From Gordius albopunctatus (lineage: Eukaryota): a stretch of DNA of 64,000 nt. Position 1 is the first letter of the stretch, and each line of letters opens with the position of its first letter. Made by a program: the position numbers and the translations under genes. The notes beneath the pieces were generated by a model that saw only the letters and a list, made by a program, of their open reading frames with translations, was not told the origin of the DNA and searched no databases. The stretch covers positions 20,894,001-20,958,000 of the forward strand of contig OZ193909.1 of the NCBI GenBank assembly GCA_964276515.1. Reading direction: 5' to 3'. Of this stretch, positions 27,877 through 40,855 are shown piece by piece.

Positions 27877-30872
27877 TCACAAACGTGTCCCTTGTTCACT
27901 GTCACTCGAAGGGGTATATTTTGGAAAAATCTTAGCTATACGAGTGAAGTAACTGTAATCCAAGCCAATTTTTTCCGATTCTTCGATGGTTTCTGGCAGT
28001 TTTTTGTTGATTGTTTCGGGAAGGAGCAAGGTAAAAATAGCTGCAACCGTTGTAACACCGCCCATTATAAGGGTTGGAAGCACAATTGATGTGTTACCCT
28101 GATTGATATAATTTAGGAATTTTTTATGTTATAAACATTATGACAATCTTTCAATATGTAACCTTAAAGTCTGATAGCAAATTTTGCCCTGAGTAAAAAT
28201 CTGTTTTCAGTTTTTCCCCAAAATTTTCAGTTTTTTATATAAACGAGGTAGAAGATGCAAAAAAGCCCATTTTAAACTTTTTTGAGGCTATATTGCCACG
28301 GCATTTTTAATTTATACAGTGTTGGAAAAAAATAAAAACAGATTTATTATCATTCAGCGCAAAATTCTCTATCAGAATTATTAGCCTGATTGCGGAATGG
28401 AATGATAGAGTCAATATTTACAGACCTTTGTAATCAATATATTTATTAAAGTTCATAAAATCTTAAAAGTTTGGTGAAGAGAAGGGCATTAAATTGAAAG
28501 TCTTATACCAACTAAAATTGATGACTGAAATATTATATGATTTTCCATTCAAACTATCATGAAAGATAAATTTACAAAGTTAAATGTGGTAATATTCTAA
28601 ATATATCAATTTATCTTTTCAAACAAAGTTCAAATACTTAGGATGTATAAAATGTTTTACGTGGATATGGGAGGTTTAGATGACCTCAAGAACAAAAAAA
28701 CTAAACTAAGCTATTGTAAGGAGTCTGTATCGTAAATGTTGTAGGTAAATTATCAAGTCAACATTATAACAAAAATTTTATGAAAATAAACATTAGGCTA
28801 GCATAAAAATGATTACCAAAAAATTAAGTTTTAAAACAAGATGAAGTAATTACCAAATAATTGATAAAAGGTACAGCTATGGTAAATATTCGGGATAGAA
28901 AAAGTGTTACTCCCATTCCCGTCCCCCTGAGTTCTGTTGGGTATAATTCAGATCCATACAGATATATAACTACGAATGAGGTTGAAATTCCCAATTTGCC
29001 TATCAAAGCCAAGATAAGAACGATTGTACGAGACTCTAAACATATAAAACAATTCTGTATCAGAGGTTTTGCATTTGCTGAAATTTAAAATTAAGTTGTA
29101 ATAAAAAGTAAAAATTTTTAATAATATTTGGTGAATTAATACATTGTAAAATATATAAAATTATTTTCATGTGATTACAGTTGGAAAAACTTTGGTTTTT
29201 AAGAAAAGATTAACATTAAATATTGCAAGAATTTTTTCAAAACTACTTTAATTTATCATAAAATAAAGAGTTTAAGATAAATAAAAATTATGTAGATTAA
29301 AAACATACTTGTGGCAAAAAAGTTAGATGTGAGGACACTTATACCAGATACGAGCATAGAAAATGAAAAAGGAAATTTTCTTCCAATTTGATCCAGTGTA
29401 AAATACAAAAAAATATAACCAGGTAATTCCATGAGAGCTGCCAACACAAAGTTCAAATGCAAATCATCAAAAAATAGCAAATAATTTTGGATACCAACGT
29501 AGGATAAAACATTAGCAATCCTAAAGGTCAAAATTCTAATGGAAATTTTTAAGATGTGTTATACCAAGCAAAACTTATTATGGCACACTTTTTTCTCAAA
29601 TTTGGATGTGTAAACAAATCTTTTATTCCAACATTTTTGTTTACTAAGGGATGTTTCTGAACTTTAACTTTTGAATCTAAGTTATAATTTTCTTGCGAAT
29701 TTAAAGATATAGAAGATGATGAATTACAATATGTGTCTATTTTAGTTTTTGCCATTGAGCATTCATGCTAATTAAGAAATAATAAACATTTTTTAAAATA
29801 TGATTCATTGCTATATATTTATAAAAAAATCTGTATTAATTTGAAAAATTTACCAATCTATCATGAAGAAAATTGGGTGATATTTCTTTTCTATTTATTC
29901 TCGCAGCTTTTTGAATTATTTTTTCAGCATCTTTATATTTTTCTTTCACAATAAGCCATCTGATAGATTCAGGCAAAAACCTATTAATTTTTTAGGACTT
30001 ATTTAAGTTTTTAATTAAACCATAAATAAATGTAAAATGTTAGGAATGGAAGATCAACTATTAAGGTGAGTGTTCTCCAATCTCTGACAAAGTAAGCTAT
30101 TATTGAAAACAATACAACACCTAAACTATAACACAGACACATAAAAATTGTGATTAATGCTCTCCAAGCAGGTCCAACCAACTCAATTGCTAATGAAGGT
30201 GCAATTAAAAAATAAAGTTTTATAATACCAGAAACAAATGGAATATCAAATATGGATGCTATAGTTAAACCAATAGCAAACTGGCATAGCATAAACATAT
30301 AAATATTTGTGGAGAAAACAATCAATATACCAAAAAAAACTTCAATTGAAAGGCACAAGAAAAACCCCACTCTTCTTCCCCACCTGTCAAAATATAATTT
30401 ATAAATAATTTAACTTACCTATCAATGATAAGACCAAATATTATGTGGCCACAAAGGCTACCAGCATAAAACAGTGAGACAGTCAGTTGGGTTAGCCAAC
30501 TTCTATCACAGACCATGTTAAACTAGAATTGAAAAATTGCATTCAATATTTATATATTACATCAACTGCTGCTGAACTTTTAAAATTTTTTGTATCGTAT
30601 ACCCATGAGATACAAATATGAGTATAATTTAAAGAAGTTTGATTGTTCTGCAACGATAACTGACATGATGATTCTTGTAAAACCAATTCGTTTTGATGAT
30701 TTTGAGAATTTGTAAAATCATTGCATTTAAAAGTTGGAAGATAAATTTGGAAAATGTAAAGAAATCCAAAAAAAGAACATGGCAGAGACGCTGGTAGACA
30801 TATAAGACCGATAAGTAATTTTTGATATTTTCCGAATCCCCCAATATGTGGTAGTATATCATCAAAATCCAT
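27877..30872 (-). CDS. SLC22 organic cation/anion transporter (MFS), multi-exon
   Basis: MDFDDILPHIGGFGKYQK, FNMVCDRSW, DRWGRR, ELVGPAWR, LPESIRWL, ELPG, GRK, ELYPTELRG, LPET; introns 30523-30560, 30384-30418, 30190-30228, 29981-30020, 29521-29564 plus larger ones. 3' end tentative. Confidence 0.9.
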
Positions 30873-30990
30873 TTGAAATTTAAAATTAGCGGATGATTTC
30901 AAGGTCAAGATTTTCAAAAGGCAATTGGCTACAGAACCAAAAATATAGCAATTGAATTTGCGATCTGCACAAAGCCCACAGACTAATAGT

Positions 30991-31100
30991 CAGCCCCCCC
31001 CCCTAATTTGAGGAAAATTTTTTTTATGTTTTACCCCCCTCTAATTGATCTTTTAAAGGTTTTGCCCCGCCCCCTAATCTAAAGCCTGGCTACGCCCATG
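30991..31100. mobile_element. Short MITE just upstream of the SLC22 gene
   Basis: Ends CTACGCCCATG; perfect 8-bp TSD CTAATAGT. Confidence 0.75.
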
Positions 31101-32232
31101 CTAATAGTCCCATAGACTGCCGAACAGTTAATAATTTTTCAGCAAGTATAGAAACCGCCATCTTTAAGAAAATTTTGATCAACCATAAAAGCTCAGCTTA
31201 ATTATATAAATTAATGTAATATATCGTAGTAAAATCTACAAAAAGTTTACTTAAAGTTAAATTTACTTTTTCAGACAGAGTGAGGTTGAATGTAAAAAAA
31301 GTCTTAATAATGTTATGTGTTTATAGCATAAGCAGTGCGTAGCTAGAAAGCCGTGGGGTCAAGCCCCCCCCCTGGAGCAAAAACCTGGCCCCTTGCTCCC
31401 CCCCCCCCCCCAAGAAAAAAATCTTTGGCCCCTTGGCCAGCAATTTTATTTAGTTTCATCTTAATTAATAACAATATGATTATTTTAATTATTTTTTTCT
31501 AAATAAAACTTTTAAAATTACCAATAAAGATTCTGCTGTTTAAGACAATAAAGGATGCAAATTTTATAAAATTGTCGAGTCGACATAATATCATAATATA
31601 ATTTTTTTTAATTAAAATACGAGTTTTTATAATTAATTTTCTCTTTATTTTTATCAACTAATTCGCTATAAAAATAGTGGCATGCAAGTAAAGAAATACT
31701 TATTTTTAGAGGCGGTTCCATACAATAGCTTAAATCATATAGCTATTTAAAATTTTCCTTTTTTAGGTTTATATTTATATAATATTAGGTGGGGAGTCCT
31801 CAAATTTTATATTTTTAATTAATTTTTTCTCATATAATTATTAATGTAAGTTTCGATTTAAAAACATGAGAATTAAGTTTTTAAGTTTTGAGCAGATTTA
31901 TATTCAGGAAACGCTAAAGGGACGTTATATTAACTTAAAAAGTCGTGTTAATTTTGGAAAATTTCGTTTTACACGGTTTGTTGACTTGAGTTTGCTTGGG
32001 ACATGCGGCCATAGGTTGACCTGGCTCATCAGGGCCGCTCTGAGCCCAATTATTTTTTTAAATAAGTTTTAATAATTAAAATAAATTGATTTGGGAGAGG
32101 ATATATATTTTGGCTTGATTAAGGTGTAAGTAGAAGGTAAATGAAAGTTGAAACACCTAAGTTCATGGATATTTAATATTGATAAGGAGTGAAAAAATAC
32201 GATTTCAATCGAAATTTGAGTCTGCACAAGTG

Positions 32233-32559
32233 TGTTAAGTTTAAAGTGCTGTTAAGTTAAAAGATCATGGAAAAATGAATGAATGAATGAATACTTTTAT
32301 TTAATAACATCGCGTTTATATACACATCTCTGCGAGGTTATTTGTGTGTATAATAAGGTGAATTGCGAGACATTCAAATACTTAAATGTATTCACTTTTA
32401 TGATTAGGGTGCGTGAATAATAATTTGAATAAGTCAGGCGATGATAAAGTATAAGCGAGGAGCTATTAACCAAAGTAACGTGTTAGAATTTGCCTAGACG
32501 GGGTCAAGGGAAAGTAGCGTGCGAAAGGAGGTTTTTTAATTAAATTCGTAGCCTCTACA
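32233..32559 (-). repeat. 3' LTR (327 bp)
   Basis: Direct repeat of 36538-36929 apart from a 65-bp duplication there. Confidence 0.95.
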
Positions 32560-32592
32560 ACTATCATCGGGCCTTCACTCGGAGAGTTGTGG

Positions 32593-35500
32593 TTAGTGTA
32601 GTAGTTTATAGCGCCAATGCACGTGCCTTCCTCTCGATGTGATGTATGTGTTTTCTTTTGATTTTGTTAGGTCTGGGTCGGAGTTAGCTGGTTCAGCGAT
32701 TTTGTCGGTAGGCCTAGATTTGGATGGATTTGAATTTTCGGTATCCGTAAACTGCTGAGTTGAAGTATCTAAATATGCAGATTTCAGTCGCTCGATTGAA
32801 ATTGAGTCAGCTTTTCCGTTTTTTTCAATAATGAAATATTTAGCATGTTTGGACTTTACTCTGAACGGTCCGTCATATGGTGGCACCAAACTTTTTCGAA
32901 CGAAATCATTACGGATAAAAACGTATTTACATTCCCTAAGAAGTGAAGTTGTATCCGCATTTGTCGATTGTGTCCTGACCTTTTTAAAAGGCAAATGGTA
33001 AAAATGTTGTTTTAGGCCTTTAATAAATTCGGAGGCGTTGTGAGGTGTACTTGAGTTCGTGAAAAATTCGCCGGGAAGTCTAAGTGTAGTGCCATAAACT
33101 AATTCGGCTGGAGTGCAACCTAAGTCTTCTTTGATGGTGGTTCGAATGCCAAGCAAAATTAATGGTAAGAGCTCATCCCATTTGGTTGTGTCACCTTGTG
33201 CCATCAAGGAACTTTTCAGCTGTCGATGAAATCTCTCAATCATGCCATTAGCTTGTGGGTGATAGGCAGTGGTTGTGATGTGATTTACACCAAGAAGTTG
33301 CGTGAGATTCCGAAATAATTGGGACTCAAACTGGGGACCTCTATCTGTTGTGAGGCTTGATGGTACTCCGAGGTCAGCTATCCAATACTTGATCAGAGCT
33401 TTTGCAACCGTTTGGGCTGAGGTGTCATGGATCGGCATGGCGACAGGCCATCGTGTGAAACGGTCAATAATCGTGAGTAAGTGGGTATATCCATTTGACG
33501 GTGGTAGTGGACCAACGAGATCGACGTGGATGTGGCTAAATCGAGCGTCTGGTTCAGCAAATGTACCTAAAGGGGCCTTTATGTGACGATGAATTTTCGA
33601 TTTTTGACAAGCAACGCATGATTTGGCCCATTTTCTTACATCCATATTGATGGAGGGCCAAACATATCGGCGTGAAATCAGCTTAAGTGTTGCACGCGTA
33701 CCAGGGTGTGATAAGTTGTGGAAGTTATCGAAAATTACGCGTCTGAGTGAAGTTGGGACGAGTGGTCGAGGTGAGGTTGTGGACATGTCGCATTGCACGG
33801 TCAAATCAGAGCACGGTATAGGAAGTTGCGTTATTTTTAGAGACTTTAGGTCTTGAAATGTCGAATTTTCTTCCATCTGAGCCAAAGCTAACCTTTCAAC
33901 TAGAGGCCTGTCTTTAAAATCAACGGAATCAATTTCAGACCTTGAGAGGGTGTCAGCGACTACATTTGATTTGCCAGCTATATATTGTAGATCGGTAGAA
34001 TATTGCGAAATATAGTCTAACTGTCTAATCTCCCGCGGGGAGTATTTGTCGATAGGTGTACTGAAAGCATAAGTTAGTGGCTTGTGGTCTGTATAAATAG
34101 TGAATTCATGACCCTCTAAAAAATGGCGGTAATGGCGGATTGTTAAATATATTGCTAATAATTCGCGACCGAATGCACTATATCGTTGTTGAGTTTTTGT
34201 TAGCTTTTGGGAAAAAAAAACTAAAGGCAGCGTCTTATCGTTAGTTGTTTGATGTAATACGGCTCCTACGGCTGAGCTGGAGGCGTCGGTGGTGATTGAG
34301 AATTTAGCGTCTTTTTGAAGATGGGAAAGAGGCACGACATTGCTTAAAGCGAGTTTGGCATTGTTAAAAGCAGTCGAAACTTCCGGGGTGCAGGATATTG
34401 TCTTCTTTGAACCGTCGAGCATATCGGTGAGAGGTTTGAGTAAATCAGCACACATTGGAATAAAACGTCTATAAAAATTAATCATCCCTAAGAAGCGTCT
34501 CAACTGAGTCATCGAGGTAGGCTGTGGGAAATTGAGGATTGCTTCTACCTTGTCCTGAAGGGGTGACAAACCTTGAGGGGTGATTTTGTGTCCCAAAAAA
34601 AAAATTTCGTTTTGGCACCATACGCATTTATCCTGACTGATTTTAATACCGAAAGTCTTGAGTCTTTCAAAAACCAGTCTAATATGATTGTGGTGTTCGT
34701 TAATGGAAGAACTCGCGATGAGAACGTCGTCAAGGTAAACAAAAACAAAGTCAAGTTCTCTAAAAACTTGGTCCATAAAGCGTTGAAACGTCTGAGCAGC
34801 GTTGCGAAGGCCAAATGGCATGCGAAGAAATTCAAAAAGACCGAACGGGGTTGTGATGGCGGTTTTAGAAATATCCTCTGGGGCCATTGGAATTTGGTGG
34901 TAAGCCCTGACTAAATCGATCTTTGAGAATACCGTTTTATTGCAAAGGGTCAGCGCAAAGTCATGGAGGTGTGGAAGGGGATAACGATCGGGAATTGTAC
35001 GACTGTTGAGCATGCGATAGTCGCCACAAGGTCTCCAATCTCCCGCGGCCTTCTTGGGTACCATGTGCAGGGGTGAGGACCAGTCACTGTTAGAGGGACG
35101 GATTATACCAAGTTCGAGCATGTGAGTAAATTCGTCTCGGGCAATCTTAAGCTTGTCCGGGAAAAGTCTCCTTTGTTTTGAGTGAACCGGAGGGCCGTTG
35201 GTGTGGATGTGGTGTTGAGTGCTGTGAGTTACTTGAGCCTTATAATCAGAAGGGGACACTATGGAGGCATACTTCTGAAGTAGTGATTTGATGGGAGAGG
35301 TGCCAATTATCCCAACTTGTATGTTGATTGACGTCGCGAGTGTAGCCTTACCTGCAGATGTTAATGTCGTTTGAGTATCGAAGAGCTGCTTCTTTTTTAT
35401 ATCAACTACCAGATGGTAGTGATTAAGAAAATCGGCTCCGATTATTGGCTGTTTAACGTCTGCAATTGTAAAAATCCATCTAAATTCTTTGCGTAGGCCG

Positions 35501-35712
35501 AGGTCCAAAGTGAAAAGCTTTTGGCCATATGTTTTGATAGGGGTAGAATTGGCGGCCTGGAGTTGCACATAGGAAGGGGTCAAAGGATGGTCTCGGGAAG
35601 GCGGAATAATGGAAATCTCTGCGCCTGTGTCAATGAGGAATCGTAGGCCCGTGGATTTGTCGAAAATGTAAAATAAGCGACTAAGTTTTAGACCAAGTCC
35701 AGGCGTCGCCAT
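32593..35712 (-). CDS. pol: Pol polyprotein (protease, RT, RNase H, integrase)
   Basis: [23 protein letters not shown] (H..SHPG..CVAC), DLVGP / TTDRG / GMIERFH, PPYDGPF. Confidence 0.95.
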   Translation of the reverse strand: MATPGLGLKLSRLFYIFDKSTGLRFLIDTGAEISIIPPSRDHPLTPSYVQLQAANSTPIKTYGQKLFTLDLGLRKEFRWIFTIADVKQPIIGADFLNHYHLVVDIKKKQLFDTQTTLTSAGKATLATSINIQVGIIGTSPIKSLLQKYASIVSPSDYKAQVTHSTQHHIHTNGPPVHSKQRRLFPDKLKIARDEFTHMLELGIIRPSNSDWSSPLHMVPKKAAGDWRPCGDYRMLNSRTIPDRYPLPHLHDFALTLCNKTVFSKIDLVRAYHQIPMAPEDISKTAITTPFGLFEFLRMPFGLRNAAQTFQRFMDQVFRELDFVFVYLDDVLIASSSINEHHNHIRLVFERLKTFGIKISQDKCVWCQNEIFFLGHKITPQGLSPLQDKVEAILNFPQPTSMTQLRRFLGMINFYRRFIPMCADLLKPLTDMLDGSKKTISCTPEVSTAFNNAKLALSNVVPLSHLQKDAKFSITTDASSSAVGAVLHQTTNDKTLPLVFFSQKLTKTQQRYSAFGRELLAIYLTIRHYRHFLEGHEFTIYTDHKPLTYAFSTPIDKYSPREIRQLDYISQYSTDLQYIAGKSNVVADTLSRSEIDSVDFKDRPLVERLALAQMEENSTFQDLKSLKITQLPIPCSDLTVQCDMSTTSPRPLVPTSLRRVIFDNFHNLSHPGTRATLKLISRRYVWPSINMDVRKWAKSCVACQKSKIHRHIKAPLGTFAEPDARFSHIHVDLVGPLPPSNGYTHLLTIIDRFTRWPVAMPIHDTSAQTVAKALIKYWIADLGVPSSLTTDRGPQFESQLFRNLTQLLGVNHITTTAYHPQANGMIERFHRQLKSSLMAQGDTTKWDELLPLILLGIRTTIKEDLGCTPAELVYGTTLRLPGEFFTNSSTPHNASEFIKGLKQHFYHLPFKKVRTQSTNADTTSLLRECKYVFIRNDFVRKSLVPPYDGPFRVKSKHAKYFIIEKNGKADSISIERLKSAYLDTSTQQFTDTENSNPSKSRPTDKIAEPANSDPDLTKSKENTYITSRGRHVHWRYKLLH

Positions 35713-35723
35713 CCCTGGGTGGT

Positions 35724-36500
35724 CTATTCGTTTGTTGCGGGGAGGTTAAATGCGCAAGGTTGCACGCATTTGAGCGCCTTGTCTTTAAAGCGGTAATGGT
35801 ACCAACAAACGAGATTTGGTTGAACATGCGAGCTAGGGTGGCGAACGGTAGAGGGGTTGCGGCGTCTCGAGTTGGAACGATCACGTGGCCTATTGATTGA
35901 GACTTTTAAATTTTGGACCTCCTGGGTGAGTTTTGCAATCATCTCCCTAAGCCGAGTCGATTCATTTTCCGTGACTACATTTACACTAGAACATGTGGAG
36001 GTGTGGTAGGTCTCTACAATTTTGTCTGCGGTTTCGGCTAATTTGGAGAGGGGCTGCTCGTCAGAAACAATTGCCAAAATACCGATCATGTTTTTTGGAA
36101 GTTTTTCTATCCAAAGTTCTTTAAGAACTCGTTCATCCATGGAATTCGTTCCCAGAAGATTTTTCATGAAGCGCAGAAGCTGGGATGGGGTACGATCTCC
36201 TAATTCCACAGTTGTGAGAAGAGCACGAAGTCTAGCAGAATCGGATTGGCTTGTGCGGTCTATGATGGCGGCTTTAATGGTTGTATAGGGTAAAATGTCG
36301 GGCATATTTTGTAGGATGTCTTGAATTTCGACAGTTATTTCCAGTGGCAAGGCTTCTATTAAGTACCCAGCCTTGGTAGTTTCGCTTTTTATCTTTCTAA
36401 CAAAGAAAAGAGCCTCTATTTGAGTGAACCATGAGCGTGTATTTATATTGTTAAACTGAGGCAGTTTAAAATATGTGGCATTTTCGCTTTTAACCTCCAT
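35724..36500 (-). CDS. gag: Gag with C-x2-H-x9-C-x3-C nucleocapsid motif
   Basis: [40 protein letters not shown]; first ATG at 36500. Confidence 0.92.
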   Translation of the reverse strand: MEVKSENATYFKLPQFNNINTRSWFTQIEALFFVRKIKSETTKAGYLIEALPLEITVEIQDILQNMPDILPYTTIKAAIIDRTSQSDSARLRALLTTVELGDRTPSQLLRFMKNLLGTNSMDERVLKELWIEKLPKNMIGILAIVSDEQPLSKLAETADKIVETYHTSTCSSVNVVTENESTRLREMIAKLTQEVQNLKVSINRPRDRSNSRRRNPSTVRHPSSHVQPNLVCWYHYRFKDKALKCVQPCAFNLPATNE

Positions 36501-36525
36501 ATCAGATGGTTGGGTGGATATTTTA

Positions 36526-36535
36526 GGGGTCACCA
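36526..36535 (-). promoter_or_regulatory. Primer-binding site complementary to tRNA-Trp 3' end
   Basis: TGGTGACCCC 2 nt inside the 5' LTR edge. Confidence 0.8.
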
Positions 36536-36537
36536 AA

Positions 36538-36929
36538 TGTTAAGTTTAAAGTGCTGTTAAGTTAAAAGATCATGGAAAAATGAATGAATGAATGAATACT
36601 TTTATTTAATAACATCGCGTTTATATACACATCTCTGCGAGGTTATTTGTGTGTATAATAAGGTGAATTGCGAGACATTCAAATACTTAAATGTATTCAC
36701 TTTTATGATTAGGGTGCGTGAACAATAATTTGAATAAGTCAGGCGATGATAAAGTATAAGCGAGGAGCTATTATTAGGGTGCGTGAATAATAATTTGAAT
36801 AAGTCAGGCGATGATAAAGTATAAGCGAGGAGCTATTAACCAAAGTAACGTGTTAGAATTTGCCTAGACGGGGTCAAGGGAAAGTAGCGTGCGAAAGGAG
36901 GTTTTTTAATTAAATTCGTAGCCTCTACA
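36538..36929 (-). repeat. 5' LTR (392 bp) with internal 65-bp tandem duplication
   Basis: Units 36708-36772 and 36773-36837, one mismatch. Confidence 0.95.
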
Positions 36930-37479
36930 AGTGTTTAAGGAGAGAAAATACATAAAAGAGCATTTGACCATTTAGTGTGACAAACAGGTATAGGTATAAG
37001 AAAGATTTCAGCCGTCGTTTCCCCTTATCACTTGATGAAAATTAATGCTCGCCCTCCCAAGCTTAGAACTCTAGCTACGCTACTGCACTTAAATTAAATT
37101 TAAATTTGATGGCGTCCAAACATTTAAATAAGGATATTTATTAAAGTAAAGATATAAATTGCACGTGTTTCAATATTAACTATACAATATTATGTTTAAG
37201 AGCATTTATTTAAAGATAATAGGCAAAAGATATATTGTTTTGCGTATTTTGTAAAAGTCGCTGTGAAATTCATAACCTTTGACCTGACCCGAAAGCATTT
37301 TGAATTTCAACCTGAACCCGACCCGAAAGCATAGGATTTTCAACTCGATGGGGTCGGGTTTCGGGTCACCCCTGCAGGCCTCTATTGATCCCTTTCCACT
37401 AATTCAAAATTTAAGTTCGGCCCTCCGCAAGGGAAAAATGCTAGCTACGCCACTGAGTTTAAGGTTCGTCACGAGTATT

Positions 37480-38300
37480 AATTTAAAAAGTGGCATCAAT
37501 GTCTTCATAAAGATTGTAGTCATGCCTGATTTATCGCTTCTCCATTTAGTTTATTTGGCCTCTATTATTTGTACCTGACTATCTGTTCCTGTTTGCATAT
37601 TATATGATTTTCATCTCCGGGTTTTTAAATAATTGAATGACCCCGACAACACGACTTTCCTTCTTTCTCCCCTGGCTATATGTGCATTAGCTTGTCGACC
37701 TCATTATCAATTAGTTTGTCATTTATCTATGTGTACGAATTCTTCTGTCATTGAAACGGCCTTACTTCGTAAATCCTTATGATTTGATGGTACTCTTACA
37801 ATTCGATTTTGCCACTTTTCTTTACAGATTACTGCCACTACTATAGTTTCTTAGTCATAGCCTTGACTCCTTTAATTTGACAAACTTTTATTACCCCTCG
37901 CCAACTTTTTCTTTCTTTATCTTTCGCTCCACTTTCATGCTACTCAATAGGTTTTTGCTAGTCCGTGGCTACTCCATGATTTCATTCGCAATCGTGATAA
38001 TATTCTCCATGACTAAATGCACATACCTTATTAAGGGGCCACAGGCACAGACCACAGATAAAAGACACAACTCATCTATTCATTGATATACACTATTTTA
38101 ACATCTTTTGACCTTCCCCAACCATTCTTTAGAAAAACTACCACGATTCCGTTTTCTAACTTATTTAAAAAATTTTAATTTCTCTCATACCCATTTTTTA
38201 GTTCTATCCCACCTCTTTAAGTTATCTTTGATCTTTTTAATCACTTGTAACCACAATGCTCTTTTGTACTTCTTAACAAACTTATTGTGATTAATGCCAT
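37480..38300 (-). mobile_element. Highly decayed RTE-like fragment
   Basis: Purine-rich minus strand with broken peptides resembling the RTE endonuclease/linker region (ENGIVVVF, KVAK, DKLMHIARGERRK). Confidence 0.3.
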
Positions 38301-39172
38301 AACTATCAGAGGTCAGATTTGTTGGGAATTTTCTGCCCGAACCCGGCCCGACTAAATTTTTTAACTTCATTGCCCGCCTGAAGGCGTTTAATTTTTAACC
38401 GAATCCCTCACGAGCGCGTTTTAATTTTTGGTATTCATTAGAATGAGAAAAATTGCGGTGTGCATGGGCGTAGTGAGGCAGGGGGTGGCATCGCTCTAAA
38501 TTCAAAAAATGGCAAAAATGAAAAAATGGTTATTTTGCCCCTGCCTTAATCATTATTGCCCCCATCTAATTTCAATCCTGCCTGGCTAGGCCAATGAGGG
38601 TGTTTGAAATTAAATCGACAAATCAAATTGCGATTTATGAATCTAATTGATACCACAGATTTTGATTACTAAATTTATTTGAATAATTTTTTTATAGAGA
38701 TATATAAAAATGATAGCATCTACAATATCGGGTCACATTTAATTATATAGTTTTGCAAATGAATGATTTGCTAAATTTAAAATTATACTTTTATTTGTTT
38801 TATGAATATATATATATGTGATTTAAATTAATAATAACCATCACAACTTAAAAATATAATTTTGTTGATATATTTTACCGTTCACGAGTAAAATTTAAAT
38901 TTGCGTCCAAATTAAAACAACAATCAGATAAGCAGCAAAAGGAATTTAATTAACGGAATGAATCATCTTCAATTATACATTACCAATAAAATAGCATTAA
39001 TTTACGAGATATGTCCCGTGTATTTTGCAATGTAAAATTTATAACCTTTGACCCGATCCTAAAGAAATTTTCAACCCGACCCGGCCCGATTCGGGTCACT
39101 CGTGCAGTTCTCTATTTTAGACCATAAACTATCTTAAATTTTATTAATTTCAATTTATATTGTTATTTGTTT

Positions 39173-40855
39173 CAGAGGTCAGATTTGTTGGGAATTTTCT
39201 GCCCGAACCCGGCCCGACTAAATTTTTTACCTTCATTGCCCGCCCGAACCCATTTAAGTGTCCGCCGGGGCCTGCCCGAATGGCCCGGCCCGAAATATTA
39301 AATTTGCCCGTTAGTCCCGAATTTATGAGGTCCCAAAAAGAGGTCGGAGTAGTTTAAATTTTTCTGCCCGAACCCGGCCCGGTCCAAATTTTTAACTTAA
39401 TTGCCCGCCTGAACTCTTCTAAGTGTCGGCTCAGCCATGCCCAAACCATTAGAGCTGCCCGGCCTGATTCATAAAATTTTCCCTGTAGGCCCGAAATTAT
39501 CCAATCCCAAAATCTTTGGCCACTATTACAAAATAAGCAATTGCATATTGATCCAAACAAAGATGACAATATTTTATTATTCATAATTATTATGTAAAAA
39601 TAACAAATCGTCGACAATTTCCGGGGATAATCTTGTGCGTCTTTCCTCTATTAATATTCCTGCGATAGAAAAACTTCTTTCACTAGCAGCACTCATCGCC
39701 AGGATGGCAAAGAGTATTTTTGTAAACCTCGCTAATTTAGGATACCTAAAATAGTTATAATTTTTAATAACTTTAATGTGACTTGTTTGCTTTATTTTTC
39801 CACCATGTTTTTTTAGTTGTTAAGAAATTAAATGAATTACAATTATGCGCATTGTTAGAAAATGGCATGAGCCTTTGTTTTAAGGGTAGACGGCACACAT
39901 GTGTAGTGTATTGCGAACAATGAAATGGCTTTGCCTACATAAATATAAATAATCCAATCCTTTCCATAATGGAGTAGGGCAAAGATTTAACTGAACGCGA
40001 TAAAAATGTAATAAAATAATTTACTACCAGAGAGTAAAATGGTTTCTTCCATAGTGTTAGATTAGAGTAGCAGTTTACAGGGGCGTAGCCAGCATTAAAA
40101 TCAGAGGGGGGCAATAATGATTTAGGGAGGGGCAAAATGATCATTTTTTGGAAATTTAGCCATAATTTTAATAAATTTTAACAAATTTTTGAGTTTAGAG
40201 GGGGGCAGCTGCCCCTTCCTGCCCCCCCCCCCCCTTGTCTACGCCCATGGCAGTTTAAATCGTTGTGATTTTATTCTTTTATAATATAATCTGAAAATTA
40301 AAAATTTTTGATCTTGAGACAAACCAGTTAAACTAATTTATTCGAAATAAAATTTAATTTTGAATAAATTGAAATTAGGACATTATATAAACGTACGGTG
40401 AAGATTTAAGCGATGGAAAAAAATCTAGTCAAATTTATTATGGCCCAAAATTGTTTATAAGCGAATTTTTCTTTTTTCAACGCCCGAAAATTAAAATTTA
40501 AGGCAGTTTCCCGGCCCGGCCCGGCCCGCTGCCCATAACTATAATCCTGAAAAATAAAAAAAATTTGGCCCGAGCCCGATACTTTTTATTTTAATTTACC
40601 CGAGCCTGACCCGAACCAATTTTTTTTACTCGGCTGAGTCCGAGCCCGGCCCACCATTTTAAATGTAAATTTATAAAAAAAAATTTATTCAAAATACCCA
40701 CCCCCACCTTTCTTTTAATATAAAAATATTTTATCTCCTCTAAATAGCCTACTCAACTAGGAAATGTAAAAATATCATAGATTTTCCCCGGGCTCGGGCC
40801 TCGGGTCGGGTTGTGCCGGCCCGAGTCCGAGGCCCGATTAATTTGCAGGGCTCTA
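39173..40855 (-). mobile_element. hAT-derived element cluster with GGCCC repeats
   Basis: CAGAGGTCAGATTT end; minus strand about 39580-39745 reads YPKLARFTKILFAILAMSAASERSFSIAGILIEERRTRL; TGCAGGGCTCTA end near 40855. Confidence 0.6.
40078..40249. mobile_element. Short hAT-type MITE
   Basis: TIR CAGGGGCGTAG / CTACGCCCATG; perfect TSD GCAGTTTA; relatives near 38463, 43270, 43750, 47752, 63020. Confidence 0.85.

Larger units (their letters stand above)
32233..36929 (-). mobile_element. Intact Ty3/Gypsy LTR retrotransposon, CsRn1 clade
   Basis: LTRs 32233-32559 and 36538-36929 (TG...CA); 4-bp TSD AGTG; PBS TGGTGACCCC (tRNA-Trp); CHCC gag motif; open gag and pol. Confidence 0.96.

Noticed and set aside
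33302..34914. Antisense ORFs within pol, and similar shadow ORFs over the GPCR, CRE and RTE coding regions
   Set aside because: Short ORFs opposite real coding sequence with no independent motifs.
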